Shown in pieces: positions 36,100-50,400 of a stretch of DNA of 64,000 nt (the stretch's first letter is position 1; each line of letters opens with the position of its first letter). Both the position numbers and the translations under genes were made by a program. The DNA is taken from the NCBI GenBank assembly GCA_000182565.2, contig KQ257461.1. One strand, 5' to 3'. Source of the DNA: Spizellomyces punctatus DAOM BR117. Taxonomy: Eukaryota. The notes beneath the pieces were generated by a model. That model saw only the letters and a list, made by a program, of their open reading frames with translations, was not told where the DNA came from and did no database searches.

Positions 36100-37115
36100 C
36101 TACCTAGCAAACCCATACTTTTTCGCGGCCATCCCGTCCACGAACCCTGGCACAAAGTTTCTCAAAACAACGCCCACCCAATACTTGCTTGGGATATAAA
36201 CCTCGGTTTTCCTCAGATCCCCCGCACGGATAATCTCCCTAGCACACGTCTCAGGGTCCAATTTGGATTCACCATCCTTCTTTCCACCACCACCAGTAGC
36301 ATCCACAGCACTCTCTCTTAACCCCGTGTCCACACTCGCGGGTAAACAAATACACACTGATACGCCATACTGCTGAACCTCTATTCTCAACGAATTAAAA
36401 AACCCATTTACGGCGTGCTTACTTGCTGCGTAGAGTGATCTCGTTGGTGCCGGGAGGGATCCAGCCAGCGAAGACACAACAATAAACTTTCCTCGAGATT
36501 GCTTTAAAAGGGGCATAAAGTGTTTTGCAATGTAGATTGGAGCCAGAGTGTTTGTTTCAAATAAGGGTTGTATAATCCTTGTCGTATCCTTCTCACACAC
36601 TTGCTCAAATGGGAGGATAGATAGTATCCCCGCATTGATGACTACTGTATCGCATCCGTCTAATTGGTCTTTTGTAGCGGCAACAATTCCAAGTAGATCT
36701 GCTTCTTGAGTAATGTCGCCCACAATATACGAGGCCTGTTTGCATGTTGGAAAAGAGAGGCAGCCCGAGGTGACGGATTCTAGAAGAGCTTCCCGCCGAG
36801 CGACCAAGACAAGACGTGCGCCCCGCCGAGCATATTGTAGAGCCAGTTGTTCGCCGATACCTATCTAAAAGGTTAATGGGGCCATGTAGCATTACCACAT
36901 TTGGATAATTAACCAACCGGATGAGGCACCGAAAATGACAACCTATACGCTCAGTGAATAACATGATTCGCGTGGGGTGCTTACAATAGACATTGACATA
37001 CCCGCTCGCCCGTATGGTCTTTAAAAGTCACCGCAGTATTTCGTCTACGATATGCACGACTTAGCCAGAAACATAGCCCTGCAATAATGAGGTACGATAG
37101 CATCATTGTTTTCAT
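36100..37115 (-). CDS. Membrane-anchored short-chain dehydrogenase/reductase (DHRS7/11beta-HSD-like)
   Basis: N-terminal TM helix; VVIFGASSG|IGEQLA (25-nt micro-exon), VINAG, VSSLAG, catalytic YAASK. Confidence 0.92.
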
Positions 37116-37300
37116 TCCAGCAGCGCAACTGGATGCTTCCTGTTCGCTGATGCTTGTCCACGTGAGGATACAGCATAAGCAGCACTCGAACCATAAATCG
37201 AGGCTGGAGCCAGCTGGCGAGGCTAAGCCACTAGATACTAAAATCACATGATTGACAAGCACATGACCAAGCTGAGGCAAGATTGCGTAAATATCCGAAT

Positions 37301-37314
37301 GTTGCCATGTCAAC
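37301..37314. promoter_or_regulatory. RFX X-box-like palindrome GTTGCCATGTCAAC in a divergent promoter
   Basis: 13/14 match to GTTGCCATGGCAAC, lying between the SDR and methyltransferase start codons. Confidence 0.45.
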
Positions 37315-37531
37315 TTGATTGTAAAGCCACAACCCCTTATTTATTAAGTAAGCAATTACTAAGAATGGAATAATTGCAATCTGAGTTGCGGCTAATAATA
37401 AGCCAAAAGGTCAATTTTAGATTTCACATTGAAAATATGGCTGCTGCGCTGGCAAGGGGAAAGTGTGGCGGTAGGCTCATAGCACAGGTGAGCGCTTTCT
37501 CCAACAATTTCCCGATCTGTTCATCATCATC

Positions 37532-38821
37532 ATGTCCAACACGGCTCGGTTCATAATCGCAGCAGTCTTTATCATCAGCACCAGTTTCTTTGTGCTGTTC
37601 TCGTTCTCTGATACTCCCGTACCCTTTATTCGAAGTGAACCTACTGATACCAAGATAACAGCCCTTGAGAATCAATTGGCTGAGCTGAAACTGGGACGGA
37701 ACGACCAAGTGGATGCCTATGTCAAGTGTTTGACCAAGCCGGAAGGGCATGAAACCTTTTACAATGTTCAACGGTGTTTGGCAGATATCAAACAGTGGGT
37801 GATTTGATCAAGTAAACAAAGGATCGAATGTGAGCTTCACGTAAAAACTTTTGTTTATTAGCAAGCACATTATGAAAGTCGTGGATGTCATTGAAAAGCT
37901 TCCGGCAGAGGAGCTGCAGCGATTTGCTGGCCAGGGGGGCTGGGATTCCGTTCCCAAATGGATTGTATTTGACCTCTTTCAACCAACGTACGAATGCAAC
38001 GCCATGGATTTCATTCGGTATGCATGTTGTGCTTAAGCTTTTTGGTGGATTGTGATTAATGGTTTGGTCCGACAGTATTGGGGCGCCATCCAAAACCGGG
38101 GATACAGGTAAATGGATCTGTACAGATAAACTGGACTTTGGCCCCCAAAAGAAATGCGTCATCTATTCCTTGGGATCGAACAACCAGTTTGACTTTGAGC
38201 AGGATATGCATCGCTTGTTTCCCGAGTGCAAGGTATGCCGCGTCGTTTTCCTTATTGAGATGAACCAAACCTGAGATCTTTTTTTTTTTTTCTTTTAGAT
38301 CCATACACTTGACTGTACGGGCAACTGGGCCGACCCTTCGACAACCTTTCACTCGTGGTGTGTAGGGGGTGAGGACAAGACGGATGATAAGGGTCGGCAA
38401 TACAAGCGCTTGTCAACCGTTTCCAAGGAGTTGGGTGTGGACACCATCTCCTTACTAAAGATGGATATAGAAAAGTACGTGTGGTAATGCCTTTGCTACT
38501 GTGGGACGCTATACTCACGATTTATCTTTATGAAACAGCTTTGAATGGCCCTTCTTCATTGACCTCCTAAACGAACCAGTCGATCACCGCCCAATGCAGA
38601 TTCTCGTTGAATTCCACGCCGGCATGCCATCTGGCAGCGTCCCCCGTCCACACGAAATTGCGCCAACACTCTTTGAGGGATGGAACAAAAACTGGGCTAT
38701 ACCTATGGTGAAAATGTTGAAATTGTTTGACCAGTTGGGGTACCGAATTGCTTGGCAGGAGAGGAACCGGTGGGGAGAGTTTGCTACTGAGATTATTCTA
38801 ATTCACGAGCGGGCGTTATGA
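37532..38821 (+). CDS. Type II membrane methyltransferase-domain protein (Methyltransf_22/METTL24-like)
   Basis: Signal anchor, FDLFQPTYEC, GDTGKWIC, CVIYSLGSNNQFDFE, IHTLD, ISLLKMDIE, QILVEFH. Confidence 0.88.
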
Positions 38822-39160
38822 ATAGTTAGATATATTTAATTTGGTGGAAGATTACCGTATTTTATGTAGAATAGTTTGGACAAGATAGGTATATCTTAGG
38901 TTTCTGGTCATTATCAAAATAATAGCGTGGTACAGGGTTCCAATAAAGCAATAAACTTCATCTACCGTATAGAAATCTAAAGAAAACTCATTGCAAGGAG
39001 TATTTTGAAAATTGCCAATTCACAAGGTTGGGCTTTTGATGTCATTAAGAGGAGCGCTGGATGGGCAACGAACAAGGGCTTGTTCAGGTCACGTGTTGTC
39101 ATTGAGCTTGAAATGGGTTAAATGGCAAGACTAGCAAGCAACTCAACCGCCATCTCCATC

Positions 39161-40589
<1,429 letters not shown>

Positions 40590-40888
40590 ATAGACATGTA
40601 AAACCTGTACTTGGATTATAATGTGATCATTGCATAATGTCATTGGCATCCTGCTCCGATGTCGATTTACACTGTCAGTTTTCCACCTATCCTTTAGTAA
40701 CCACAACCTCCATCCCCTATAAAGTGCTGTTAGCTGGCCTTCTGTTCATCTAATGCTTTGCTTCCGTGGTGTGAAGATTGAGACGCGACGCTAAGCCACC
40801 GCGGTAGTGAATTTCACCGCCGGGAAGATGGACAAGCTTTTAAAGTTTCAACCACCCATCTTTCAACAACCGCACCAACTCGCTCAAG

Positions 40889-42094
40889 ATGACAGACATT
40901 GCTACCTCATACGCTGAATTTCAAACACTGAGAATCACATCTCCAAGCGAGCATGTCCTTCACGTGGAACTCAACAGGCCAAAACAAATGAACAGCATGA
41001 ATCACCAGTAAGCGTTTATATCGTGGACGGTTGGGCCAACACTCTAGTTAAAACGAAACGCATGTATAGATTCTGGCATGACATGCGGGACGTGTTCAGA
41101 CGTATTCGTGCTGATACCAATGTCCGTGCTGTAGTCATCTCTGGGGGAGAATGCAGGATGTTTACAGCTGGGCTTGACCGTAAGGAACTTTCCGTTTTTG
41201 CTTGACCAGAGTGTCCTTGCTGAGAGATATACTGTAGTCAAGGCCTTTGGGTCCACCTTTACTACCGGCGACGAAGATCCAGCACGTAAAGCGCTCAACT
41301 TCTTGCCCCTCGTTCACGACATGCAGGAATCTTTTACGGCAATCGAAAACTGTATGCGGCCGGTTATTGTTGCTGTGCATGGAGCTTGTATTGGCGGAGG
41401 TTTGTCAGTATCGTTTCAAAGTTGTCAGCATGTGTTTTTGACGGGCGTTTTAGGAATTGATTTGATTACGGCTTGTGATATACGGTTTGCCACCAAGGAT
41501 GCCTTTTTCTCGATCAAGGAGGTCGATATTGGTCTCGCTGCAGATATTGGCACCTTGCAGAGACTGCCGAAAGTTGGTGAGTTGTCGTAATACGTGTCTG
41601 TGAAATCACGAACTGGATCTTTATACCCTGTATTCCTAGTTGGCAACGACAGTTGGGTCCGAGAACTGGCGTTCACTGGCCGTAACTTTGGTGTTGCCGA
41701 AGCCCTCCAATTCGGTCTGGTCAGCAAAATAGTTGAAAATAAGCAAGATCTCGTGGGTATGTATCAGTATTTATCCACACACTGAACTTTACTGACAATA
41801 CCCATAGCGGAGGCCATTAAAACAGCTACATTCATCGCCACCAAATCGCCCATAGCCGTTGTAGGAACAAAGCAAGTTCTAAACTATTCACGGGATCATA
41901 CAACAGCAGAGGGACTGCAGTATGTTGGACTGTGGAATGCGGCTATGACGAACACCCAGGTGAGAAATTGCATTTCGACGTTTGATGTCATGTGTCCATT
42001 TTGGATTGACCCCCAAATGGCTGGTGGTTAGGATATTCCTATTGCAATTCAAGCGAATCTGGCCAAGACGAAGCCTGTTTTCCCGAAATTGTAG
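40889..42094 (+). CDS. ECH1: Delta(3,5)-Delta(2,4)-dienoyl-CoA isomerase (crotonase family), peroxisomal
   Basis: VELNRPKQMNSM, FTAGLD, VHGACIGGGIDLITACDIR, FSIKEVDIGLAADIGTLQRLPK, LNYSRDH; PTS1-like C-terminal PKL. Confidence 0.95.
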
Positions 42095-42411
42095 AATGTA
42101 GGCTTTATACAGATCTGTAGAAATTACTGCAGAATATTAGGAGCATGCGTAGAATACGCGATGAAGAACGCTGTCAGTATCATTGGGCAGCTTGAGGAAT
42201 TAAGAGTACGGTCAATGGGTAGACGTGTCCATGATATACCGCCCAAATGGCGAAATCACCAATCTGGAAAAATTGCTGCCTCACATCAACAGTGGCCCGC
42301 GTAAGGAAGAAATTCATCAACAGGTCTCCATAAAACTCTTAGACAAAACGGTCTATTCTGCTTTTTATACAAGGACACATTTTCAAAAAACCACATTTGC
42401 TAAAACTGCCA

Positions 42412-43168
42412 CTATTTGCGAAACGCGGTAGGTACCCGTTCCTCTGAGAAATGAGCACGATCATGAGGCGTCAACGCCAAATATTTTCCTCCATTTTCCA
42501 TATCATCCAACGTGGTTATTTCTCGCAGGTTCTGGTCGACAATGACTTTGGGTATGCCTGGAGGAATGAGCGTTGCGGCGTGTTCGCGGAGCTGCCGTGG
42601 ATTCAATGTGTAGAATGTTAATAGCCATTAATTGTCCGCAGAATAAATGGATGGGCCATATACCTTGTCTATGGAAGGATATGACTTGTTGAGAACGATA
42701 TCCTCACCGTGGGAGTATCGCTCAGCATATTCAAAAATCTTGATTTTCTTTGCGGTAACTCCAATATCCGATTCACGAGATTTGGATCGAACAATGGGCT
42801 TTTCCCTCTACAAAAAAAAAAAAGTCCAAAAACGTACATCAACATCCTCACTCTATTTTCAATCCTTGACCCAATCAAAAACATACATCAACCCTCTCCC
42901 TCAAATCTTGATCACTTCCAAAAGGTACGTGACCACGATGCGCAGAGGTAGTGTTTCCATCGTACTCGACAAGATCCTTCCGGCCCGCCATTCCACGTCC
43001 ATGGCCTTCCTCGTCAAATCTTTGTTTATGCGTACCCTACAGAACATTCAATAAAGAACCAATGTGGGTTCGTGTTCATCAAAGTTGTGAACGTACTGTG
43101 TAGGTTCGAGGATCCGTCAAGCGGGCAGTCACATCCGCTGCGCGAGGTGCAAGGTGCTCAGTGCTCAT
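42412..43168 (-). CDS. Apicortin (partial p25alpha domain plus doublecortin domain), 181 aa, 4 exons
   Basis: Exons 43168-43097, 43036-42887, 42807-42664 and 42591-42412 splice in frame: DVTARLTDPRTYTGTHKQRFDEEGHGRGMAGR (partial p25alpha with a GxGxGxxGR motif) plus KKIKIFEYAERYSHGEDIVL..LREITTLDDMENGGKYLAL (DCX-like). Confidence 0.88.
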
Positions 43169-43479
43169 ATCTGGAAAATTGTATAATTGGTTTGTACTAA
43201 CAAAGAGCGGGAAGGAAAATAAACTCTTGCTTTTTATGCCTTTTGTTTAGCTGCCAATGACGACATGTTTGTTTCAGCAAGTGGGTATTAACAATCGACC
43301 GAATTTTTGGGGGATGTCACATCACGAGATGTGGATAAGGGGTTGTGAGGTCATGTTGATGTGTGTTTGTCCAATGCTTGTATTGGATGTTTGCTATATG
43401 CATTTTCGTTGGGGGTGATGGTGTTGAACATGCTCCCAGCATAGCGCTGGTGGACAGTAAAAGTTATCCTGTAATTACA

Positions 43480-44454
43480 GCACTGTCCAAAATGGAATGC
43501 TATGGCAGGCTCCTTGCGATATCTACAAGACACGATTTTAGATTTAGATAGATCAGATTCGACAAAGCCTTGCTCTGTAGATCTCAGCAGCAAAACCTAT
43601 CAGTTCCTGATTAGCATCGTTACAGTTTGCAAGAGAGCTGTTCAATGTCGCATACCTGCGACAGCTCTGGTCGGAGCCGTCGGAGTCCATCATGTATGAT
43701 GACATAAGCCGCAAAATGGTTCACGTGGAGGGTAGGTTCAGAGAACTCTTATTTCGATCTGCCTTTGGAGGTCGTATCATTGCAATTGCTGTGTCAATCA
43801 TATTGATTTAATCAATGGTTTGTTAGGGTGACATGCAGTAGCGACGATGTAAAGGTTGGATCTAGTTATGCAGATAAGCATTCGTAATTGTTATCGTTAT
43901 TCGCCGCATGGTCTGCGTCCACAAGTACTGGAACTACTCATGCTGCACCACAACATGTGCCTTATGTACCGCTTGAGCTTGGAAATGGGCAGGGAACAAT
44001 AACGCAAGGAATATAATAACATGCAATTCACGAAGCAATGGCTCAAAGATACTAGTAGGAAGGCTGAATCAATTGCATGTACAGTATAGTAACATCTAGG
44101 CGTGGCTTTGTTTGTGGCTTGTCTTTGATTAGTGCGCCACAGTGTTTGGATGCAGCTATTTGAGATTCCGCTGTCTTTACACAATTCCAAGTAATGCTCT
44201 CTAAGCGTCCATATGATCAATTGCGAAAGCAGTTTGTTCAAGGTATGTTTGCACCGCTGTCCCACTTTAGCCTCACCCACCGACATTTCAAATCCCAAAT
44301 AGGGTCGTTACCGGACCTTCTCCGGGACAAGGTGGTGTCGGTCTCAGAGTGGGATCGATCGCAATTGGCAGCTTTAAAGCAGGTAGTAGAGGAGAATGTC
44401 CCTGTTGAGAAGGTCGTTCCCGCGGTTTATGTTGGGAGTGAGGAGGGTGAGTAG
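43480..44454 (+). pseudogene. Possible decayed gene
   Basis: Protein-like frames broken by stops, ending in a clean intron (gtatgt..aaatag) and a terminal exon GSLPDLLRDKVVSVSEWDRSQLAALKQVVEE; no intact upstream model found. Confidence 0.3.
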
Positions 44455-45181
44455 GCCTAGAAACACTCTTTAAATATCTTGGGTCAGGTGAATCGTTGGT
44501 TGGGAAGTTGTTGGGTCAAAATGTTTAGTGCACACTTTTTTTTTTTTTGCAGTCCGGACGTGTCCCGACAATCAGGCTTCTGGACCTTTTCATGGAGTAT
44601 CACTGGAAATTAACAGTCATCTATTATGCGGATTCGTTCATGTAGCTCCTTGTCGCACGCTACATCAAGCAACACCAATTACAATTATGAATGCTCGCCT
44701 GCCGAACTAGATCCAATCATTACATGGCAGCTACTGCATGTCATGGTAACAATGCATTTATCAAATTGCGGCTGCTTCTATTATGGTCGAATTCCTAGAG
44801 CACCCAGAAACGGAAACGGGAAAGCATAGAAAGGGTGTTAGGGTTTACGGTTGTCGGGAGAGAATGGATGGAATGGTATCCTTCACAAATTAAGCTACTT
44901 TATAATTAAGCAGGAATTATGATCGTCTCAAATTCTCATTGCAGCAATGGAGGCTGTTGCTTTACGTGCAATCCGGCCTCGCGATCTGCCATCCATTGTC
45001 GCCTCTTTTCACCTTTTCTGCTTACTCAACCAGATCATTTGTTGAGGGTAAAAATAGTAGCAATGCGTTTTGAAATGAATTTAGTTCCAATTTGATGAAC
45101 GTACGCTCAAGTAGTAAGCGAACAATGAAAATGGCCACACTGACTACGACCAAATAGTTATTTTCTGCCTATTTTGTGTTC

Positions 45182-45652
45182 ATGCCCAGTAAACTCTCCC
45201 CACCGGTTTCCCCGTCCACGACAACAGTCTCTCGCGGTCGCACCATCTCCAAACTCATGCCGAAAACAGAGACGAGAGAAAAGACTGACATGGCTCCCTC
45301 AGCAGTCAAGAAACCACAAAATGAAACAGGCGACACTGTGGTGCGACAGCGTCGTAAGCAACAAGACTCGTCGCCGCCTGATTCACCGCCTGATTCACCG
45401 TCATCCTCAACCCCCGCATCACCAACATCACTACCAAAAGTTCCGCTTCTACGTCGCATGTCTTCCTCACTCCTCCATCCCACCTCCCGCGAAAAGGGAA
45501 TTTTCCTCATTGGACTCGCGATTGTGATTGCTGTGCTGCTATTTTGGGTATTGGACAAAGAGGAGGGTGGAGTTTATAGGGTAGTAAGAGGGCGTGCAAG
45601 TGCTGTGGAGGTTAGAAGGTGGGATTGCGATGGGGACTCTTGCGATAACTGA
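45182..45652 (+). CDS. Small single-pass membrane protein with a Ser/Pro-rich disordered N-terminus
   Basis: Intronless ORF; TM helix GIFLIGLAIVIAVLLFWVL near the C-terminus. Confidence 0.7.
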   Translation: MPSKLSPPVSPSTTTVSRGRTISKLMPKTETREKTDMAPSAVKKPQNETGDTVVRQRRKQQDSSPPDSPPDSPSSSTPASPTSLPKVPLLRRMSSSLLHPTSREKGIFLIGLAIVIAVLLFWVLDKEEGGVYRVVRGRASAVEVRRWDCDGDSCDN

Positions 45653-46091
45653 GGGTTTTGGTGATAAGATGGGTAGATTAGTACACTGCCCTTGTTTGAT
45701 TTTTTTGATATGAATGTTGAATGATAACACTGCCTGGCATGATCCGACAAGGATGATACCCAATACATTATCATTGCATGTAGTAGTAGGTGATATTAAG
45801 CAATTCATGCAAAACAGGACTCGCTAAATTTGTCGCCGTCTCGAGAGAAGCGACTGGAGCGACAAATGAGGACGACTGATTGTAAAAAGCAGAGTCCACA
45901 ATATCAAAGACAGAATAAAAAGCAATGAATATGGCATGTTTGCTCTGGCCATGACCAGCAAGACATTAACAAAAAGAAAAAAAAAACGCAAAAAGAGAAG
46001 CTATCCATAAACGCACCCACACATATCGGAGGCAAGACTCAGTTTTACATGCGAGCAGGAATATACATAGTGAACAACAAAAAAAAGCCCG

Positions 46092-46382
46092 CTAAACCTT
46101 ACTCCCAACGCACTTTTCTCCCAACAATCTCTTTTCAAGCACACCAACGGCATTCTTCTTACAACCTTCCATTCCTGGGCACTGATGCGCCTCAGGCAAC
46201 CGGTGCTTTGCACAGAATTTCGCTTGGCACCACCGGCAATCACCAACTATTTTGACAGCGGGAGCACCGCATGAGAGGGAGCAAGGTGTGGGACGGTTGC
46301 GTTTGGGTGTAGGTGTCGTGGCGGTTGGAGTTGAGTTGGTGGTTGATTCTGGCGTTGTGGTGGTCGTGGCGGTAGAGGACAT
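46092..46382 (-). CDS. AN1-type zinc finger protein (Tmc1-like)
   Basis: CSLSCGAPAVKIVGDCRWCQAKFCAKHRLPEAHQC..LLGEKCVGSKV. Confidence 0.9.
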   Translation of the reverse strand: MSSTATTTTTPESTTNSTPTATTPTPKRNRPTPCSLSCGAPAVKIVGDCRWCQAKFCAKHRLPEAHQCPGMEGCKKNAVGVLEKRLLGEKCVGSKV

Positions 46383-47443
46383 TCTTTCAGAGACGGTGTA
46401 TTCGAGTGTTTGTTTTGCAATTGGGGAGTAAACTGTCTGCGAGTACAGCAATGTACGGTGGTGGACTCTCTCTAAGTGAGTGCGTTCAGAAACAAGAGCT
46501 CTAGTCAAAAGTAAATGTAAAAAAACAAAAGATGAGGAAGGAAGGGCTTTATATAAAAAGTGTTCCGCCCCCCAAATTCCGCAGTTCCTTTTGCTTAGAG
46601 CGCGTCGTCACACTTCTCTCCCCTCCCTCTCCTTTTGAACCGTCACGCCGCGTTTTGTCTCAAGAATAACGCCACTATCAGTAAATAAAGCGGAAACTTG
46701 CATCTGCTTTTAGGATGAGGGTTAATGGGGGTCTTGCAGGAAATGGACCCGCAAATCAGCCCCCATTTGAATTGGATTTCAGTAGCCAACCCTTGAATTG
46801 GAGCATCCTTGCAACAATGGATGGTATAGGGACCATAGCATTGAGCTCCTCCACTGGATTCAACGGTCATTGGGGAAACATGGCTATAGCTAACTAACCA
46901 GAGAGTGGTTGCAAAACAGAGACAGGGTGTGAGATATGTCAGAGGGGGTAAACACGGCGCGCCCTGTGGCAAAAGGCAGGGCGGGTGGGGATTGGGATTT
47001 AAGGCACTATGGAAAGAGGTCGGGGGAAAATGGGCAAGGCTTGCTGAAATCAGGCAGAGCCATAAAGTCTTGTTACAACAGCACACTCCTCCTGCACAAG
47101 CGAAGAATGACCACAAATATTTGTACAAATGTCGACGGCCCAAACACGCAGAGCCCCAATGCAATGCATCAATGACTCCTGTGCTTTTGTTGAATACCAT
47201 GTTGGCTAAAAAAAACAGACATGGGTCGTCAAAAATATTGGATGTTTAAGCATACCATGTCGTTATCGTTGGGTAGAGCCTGGCGTTAACAGGAGCCCCA
47301 GTTGAACGCTTAGTCACGTGCGACTAGCAGAGTCGCACGTTCGATCCCTTCTCCAGGTCATAACTCGCTTCGAGCCTGGCACCACAGTGTATTTTTTTTC
47401 TGTATCGACATATGGCGAACAGCTTCTTGGGGAGTCTTGACTG

Positions 47444-50400
47444 ATGCAGTTACGGACACGGAGCGAAGCGAGCCAACCTACATATGCAAACGAGAGTCCA
47501 AATGGAGAGCTCAACGGGAGCGATCTGGCGATTTTGAACGCGACGACCAACGCAACGCCAATGGAGCACTATACTACTGTCCAAGGTCTCAACACCGCTG
47601 ACCAACCACAAGCGGTTGCATCCTCTAATATCTTGGGCACCAGTACCCCGAGGGGGCGAGGCAGGGGCCGAGGCAGAGGGAGAGGTGCAAGTAGTGCTCA
47701 AAGATCTAGAAAGGACGACACGGCCACTCTGGACAATGACACTGGACTAGTGACGTTCTTAGCTACCGCCCCTATCAGCAATGCAGAATTTCCACTTCAA
47801 CAGCAGTCTGGCGGGCCCTCCACGACGACCCAAGTCAAAGAAAAGCGGGCACGGAAGCGAAATGCTGACCAAGACGGGGACGAGTCAGACTTTGCAGTGT
47901 CCGACATTTCAGAGCCTGAAGAGGACGGCGACTCTGAGGAAGACTATGTCGAGGGCGACGAGGATGATGACGTGGTACAATCAACGGCTCCCGTCCCTGC
48001 TCGTACCCCAAGAAGACGTCGGCGGGGAGAGGATAGTCCAACTGTCGGCACGCCCACTGATGCTAATAGAACAGAGAACGCAGAAGAGGACTCGGCGGAT
48101 TATTCAAACCATCCTGGTTTACTTGAACTCCGGCTGAAGATTACGGAAGCGCTGGAGAAGTATGTGCTGGTGGATTTGACCCAGTCTCTACTGGAGATGA
48201 ACAGGGCCAACGAACCGGCGAGTCAGACATCTTCTCCTCGAGAGCGACGCGGTCGGCCGGCTAAAGGCGGAAAGCGGGGAAAGGCTGCTGACGAGTTAAT
48301 TGACACAGAGGCGAGAGACGGGTCTTCTGTGGACGTTAATATGCAAAATGTGTTTAGCGTCGCGGCAGCTGCAGCGTCATCGTCTGAAGCACCAGATGAG
48401 ATCGCTGGCATGAAACGCAAAGCAGGAGAAGATACATCTCAAATACCCAAAATCCCAAGAACGGAGCAAAGTGAGCTCAGCGGAGAGCCCAAGGTTTGGA
48501 AAATCGATATGGAAGCAGGGCGCTATAAATGCTTCCTGCCTTTGTGCAATAAAGACTTCCTTAATGTCCAAGGTCTTAGATATCATTCGACAAAGCACGT
48601 TCATGAGGTTTTGGACTTTTTGAGTTGGGCGTATCCACGAGAACAGACCACTGAAACGGGCAACTCATCAGAGTCGAAGTCAACTATCGTACACGAACCT
48701 GGTGTTGCCATTCCTGCTACTAGTGAAACGTCTCAAACAAATCCCGAACTTGACAAATCGCGTAACTCCATTCGCCCTGACATTCTGGCATTGTACGATC
48801 AGTTACCATTTGATGCATGGCCATTGGCCATCGAAGAGTACGATGCTCTTATTCCCGGCATTGCCAAGCCTAGCAAAAATACATTCCTGATTGGGTATGG
48901 CAAAGAGCGCGAAGTTGCGGAACGACGACGGCTCAAGGCGTTGCATGATCAGCAAGTTAAGGAAGCCAAGCAGCGAGCTCGCGAAGAAAAGAAAAAGGGA
49001 AAAGACGATGAGTCGAAGAAAAATCCTCGTAGCAGTGCGCCGGGTACACCAAAGTCTACCCCTTCGAAGCCGAGACGACCAGTGGATAGGAATGCAATGT
49101 CCATAGTGCCGCTTCCGACTTTAGTTTCAGCAGATGAAGATGGAAATGGTAGCTACACTGTTTCCGATTGCGCACGCCCGAAGCTCGAGGATTTTGAGGC
49201 TGTCCCAATAGCGTAAGTACGTGGACAGCGCTTTGCTCGATTCAGCTAACTTACACAGAGTTGGACCTAGTGAGGCGGTATCATACTTCCCGCTCCAATC
49301 CACGTGTATGGTGTCAAATGGAAACGAAAGCACATCCAATTGGAGTCAACCTGTGAATCTTTTTAGCTCATGTGCATTGCGTATGTCCATTCTGGCGTGA
49401 ACCTCTCCATCAATCTGTTCATTGTCTGATTTGAGTCCTTCTTGGCAACTAAGCGGACATTGGTACCAAGAAACGCAGGCGGTTTGTACTCAGTGCTGGA
49501 GGTTCCATATGGGGTCTGGACTGGTGTCCAATGCGAGGGGAAAATGGTGAGGCCAGATAACCGCTTCCTGATCTGGCGCGTTATTGATCATCTATACACC
49601 GTAGATGGAAGCCAATACCTGGCCGTTGCAGGCTACAAGAGCACGATAGATGAACATCACGTCATTGGCGTGCGTCAGCAGCCTGCTGGAGACAATATGA
49701 AGGGATGTATTCAGATATGGAATTTGGGGAATTTGAATGATGCAAAAAAGAATGTTGGCGGAGATCAACAACCTTCGCTGGCACTCTGTCTTTTGCATGA
49801 ATTTGGATGTGTTTTTGATGTCAAGTGGGCACCATGCGGATTCTATGAGAAGAAGGACCAGGTACAGCTTTGGATTGTCACTTTGGTGCGTGCGTTTGCA
49901 TTCAGTGTCGTTAACTTGGTCCCTCTCTATCCGCTAGCAAACTAATCCAGGCGAGATACGGAGACTAGGCCTACTGGCAGCAACATTCGGAGATGGGAGC
50001 ATGCGGGTGTTTAATATACCCCATCCGCAAGAATTGAGCATACGATTTCAAGTAGAAAATGGTCCGCTGTTCGGTAAGGCATACAATATCATGGTAGTTC
50101 ATATCATTTTCATATCATTTCTTGTTGACATTTATTTTGTGTGCGTAGTAAAAGCGAAAAATCCACTGTTTGAGGTGTCACTGCCTGACACCATGCTATG
50201 GAAGGTCGCGTGGGGAGGATGCGATCTAATCGCGACAGGATGCACGAATGGTGCGCGACGTTTTTCAAGGACTCCTTAATCCCATGTTTATTGTGAGCTC
50301 CTTGCCTGATAGGTAGTGTGGCCGTTTGGAGTTTGACCCAGGCTGTAGATTCGCGTCAGCCGCAAGCGAAGCAGGGTGATGTGGATGAGCCTGATCATGA

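Noticed and set aside
46964-46973. Rpn4/PACE site upstream of the AN1 gene
   Set aside because: tgtggcaaa mismatches GGTGGCAAA and lies about 580 nt from the ATG.
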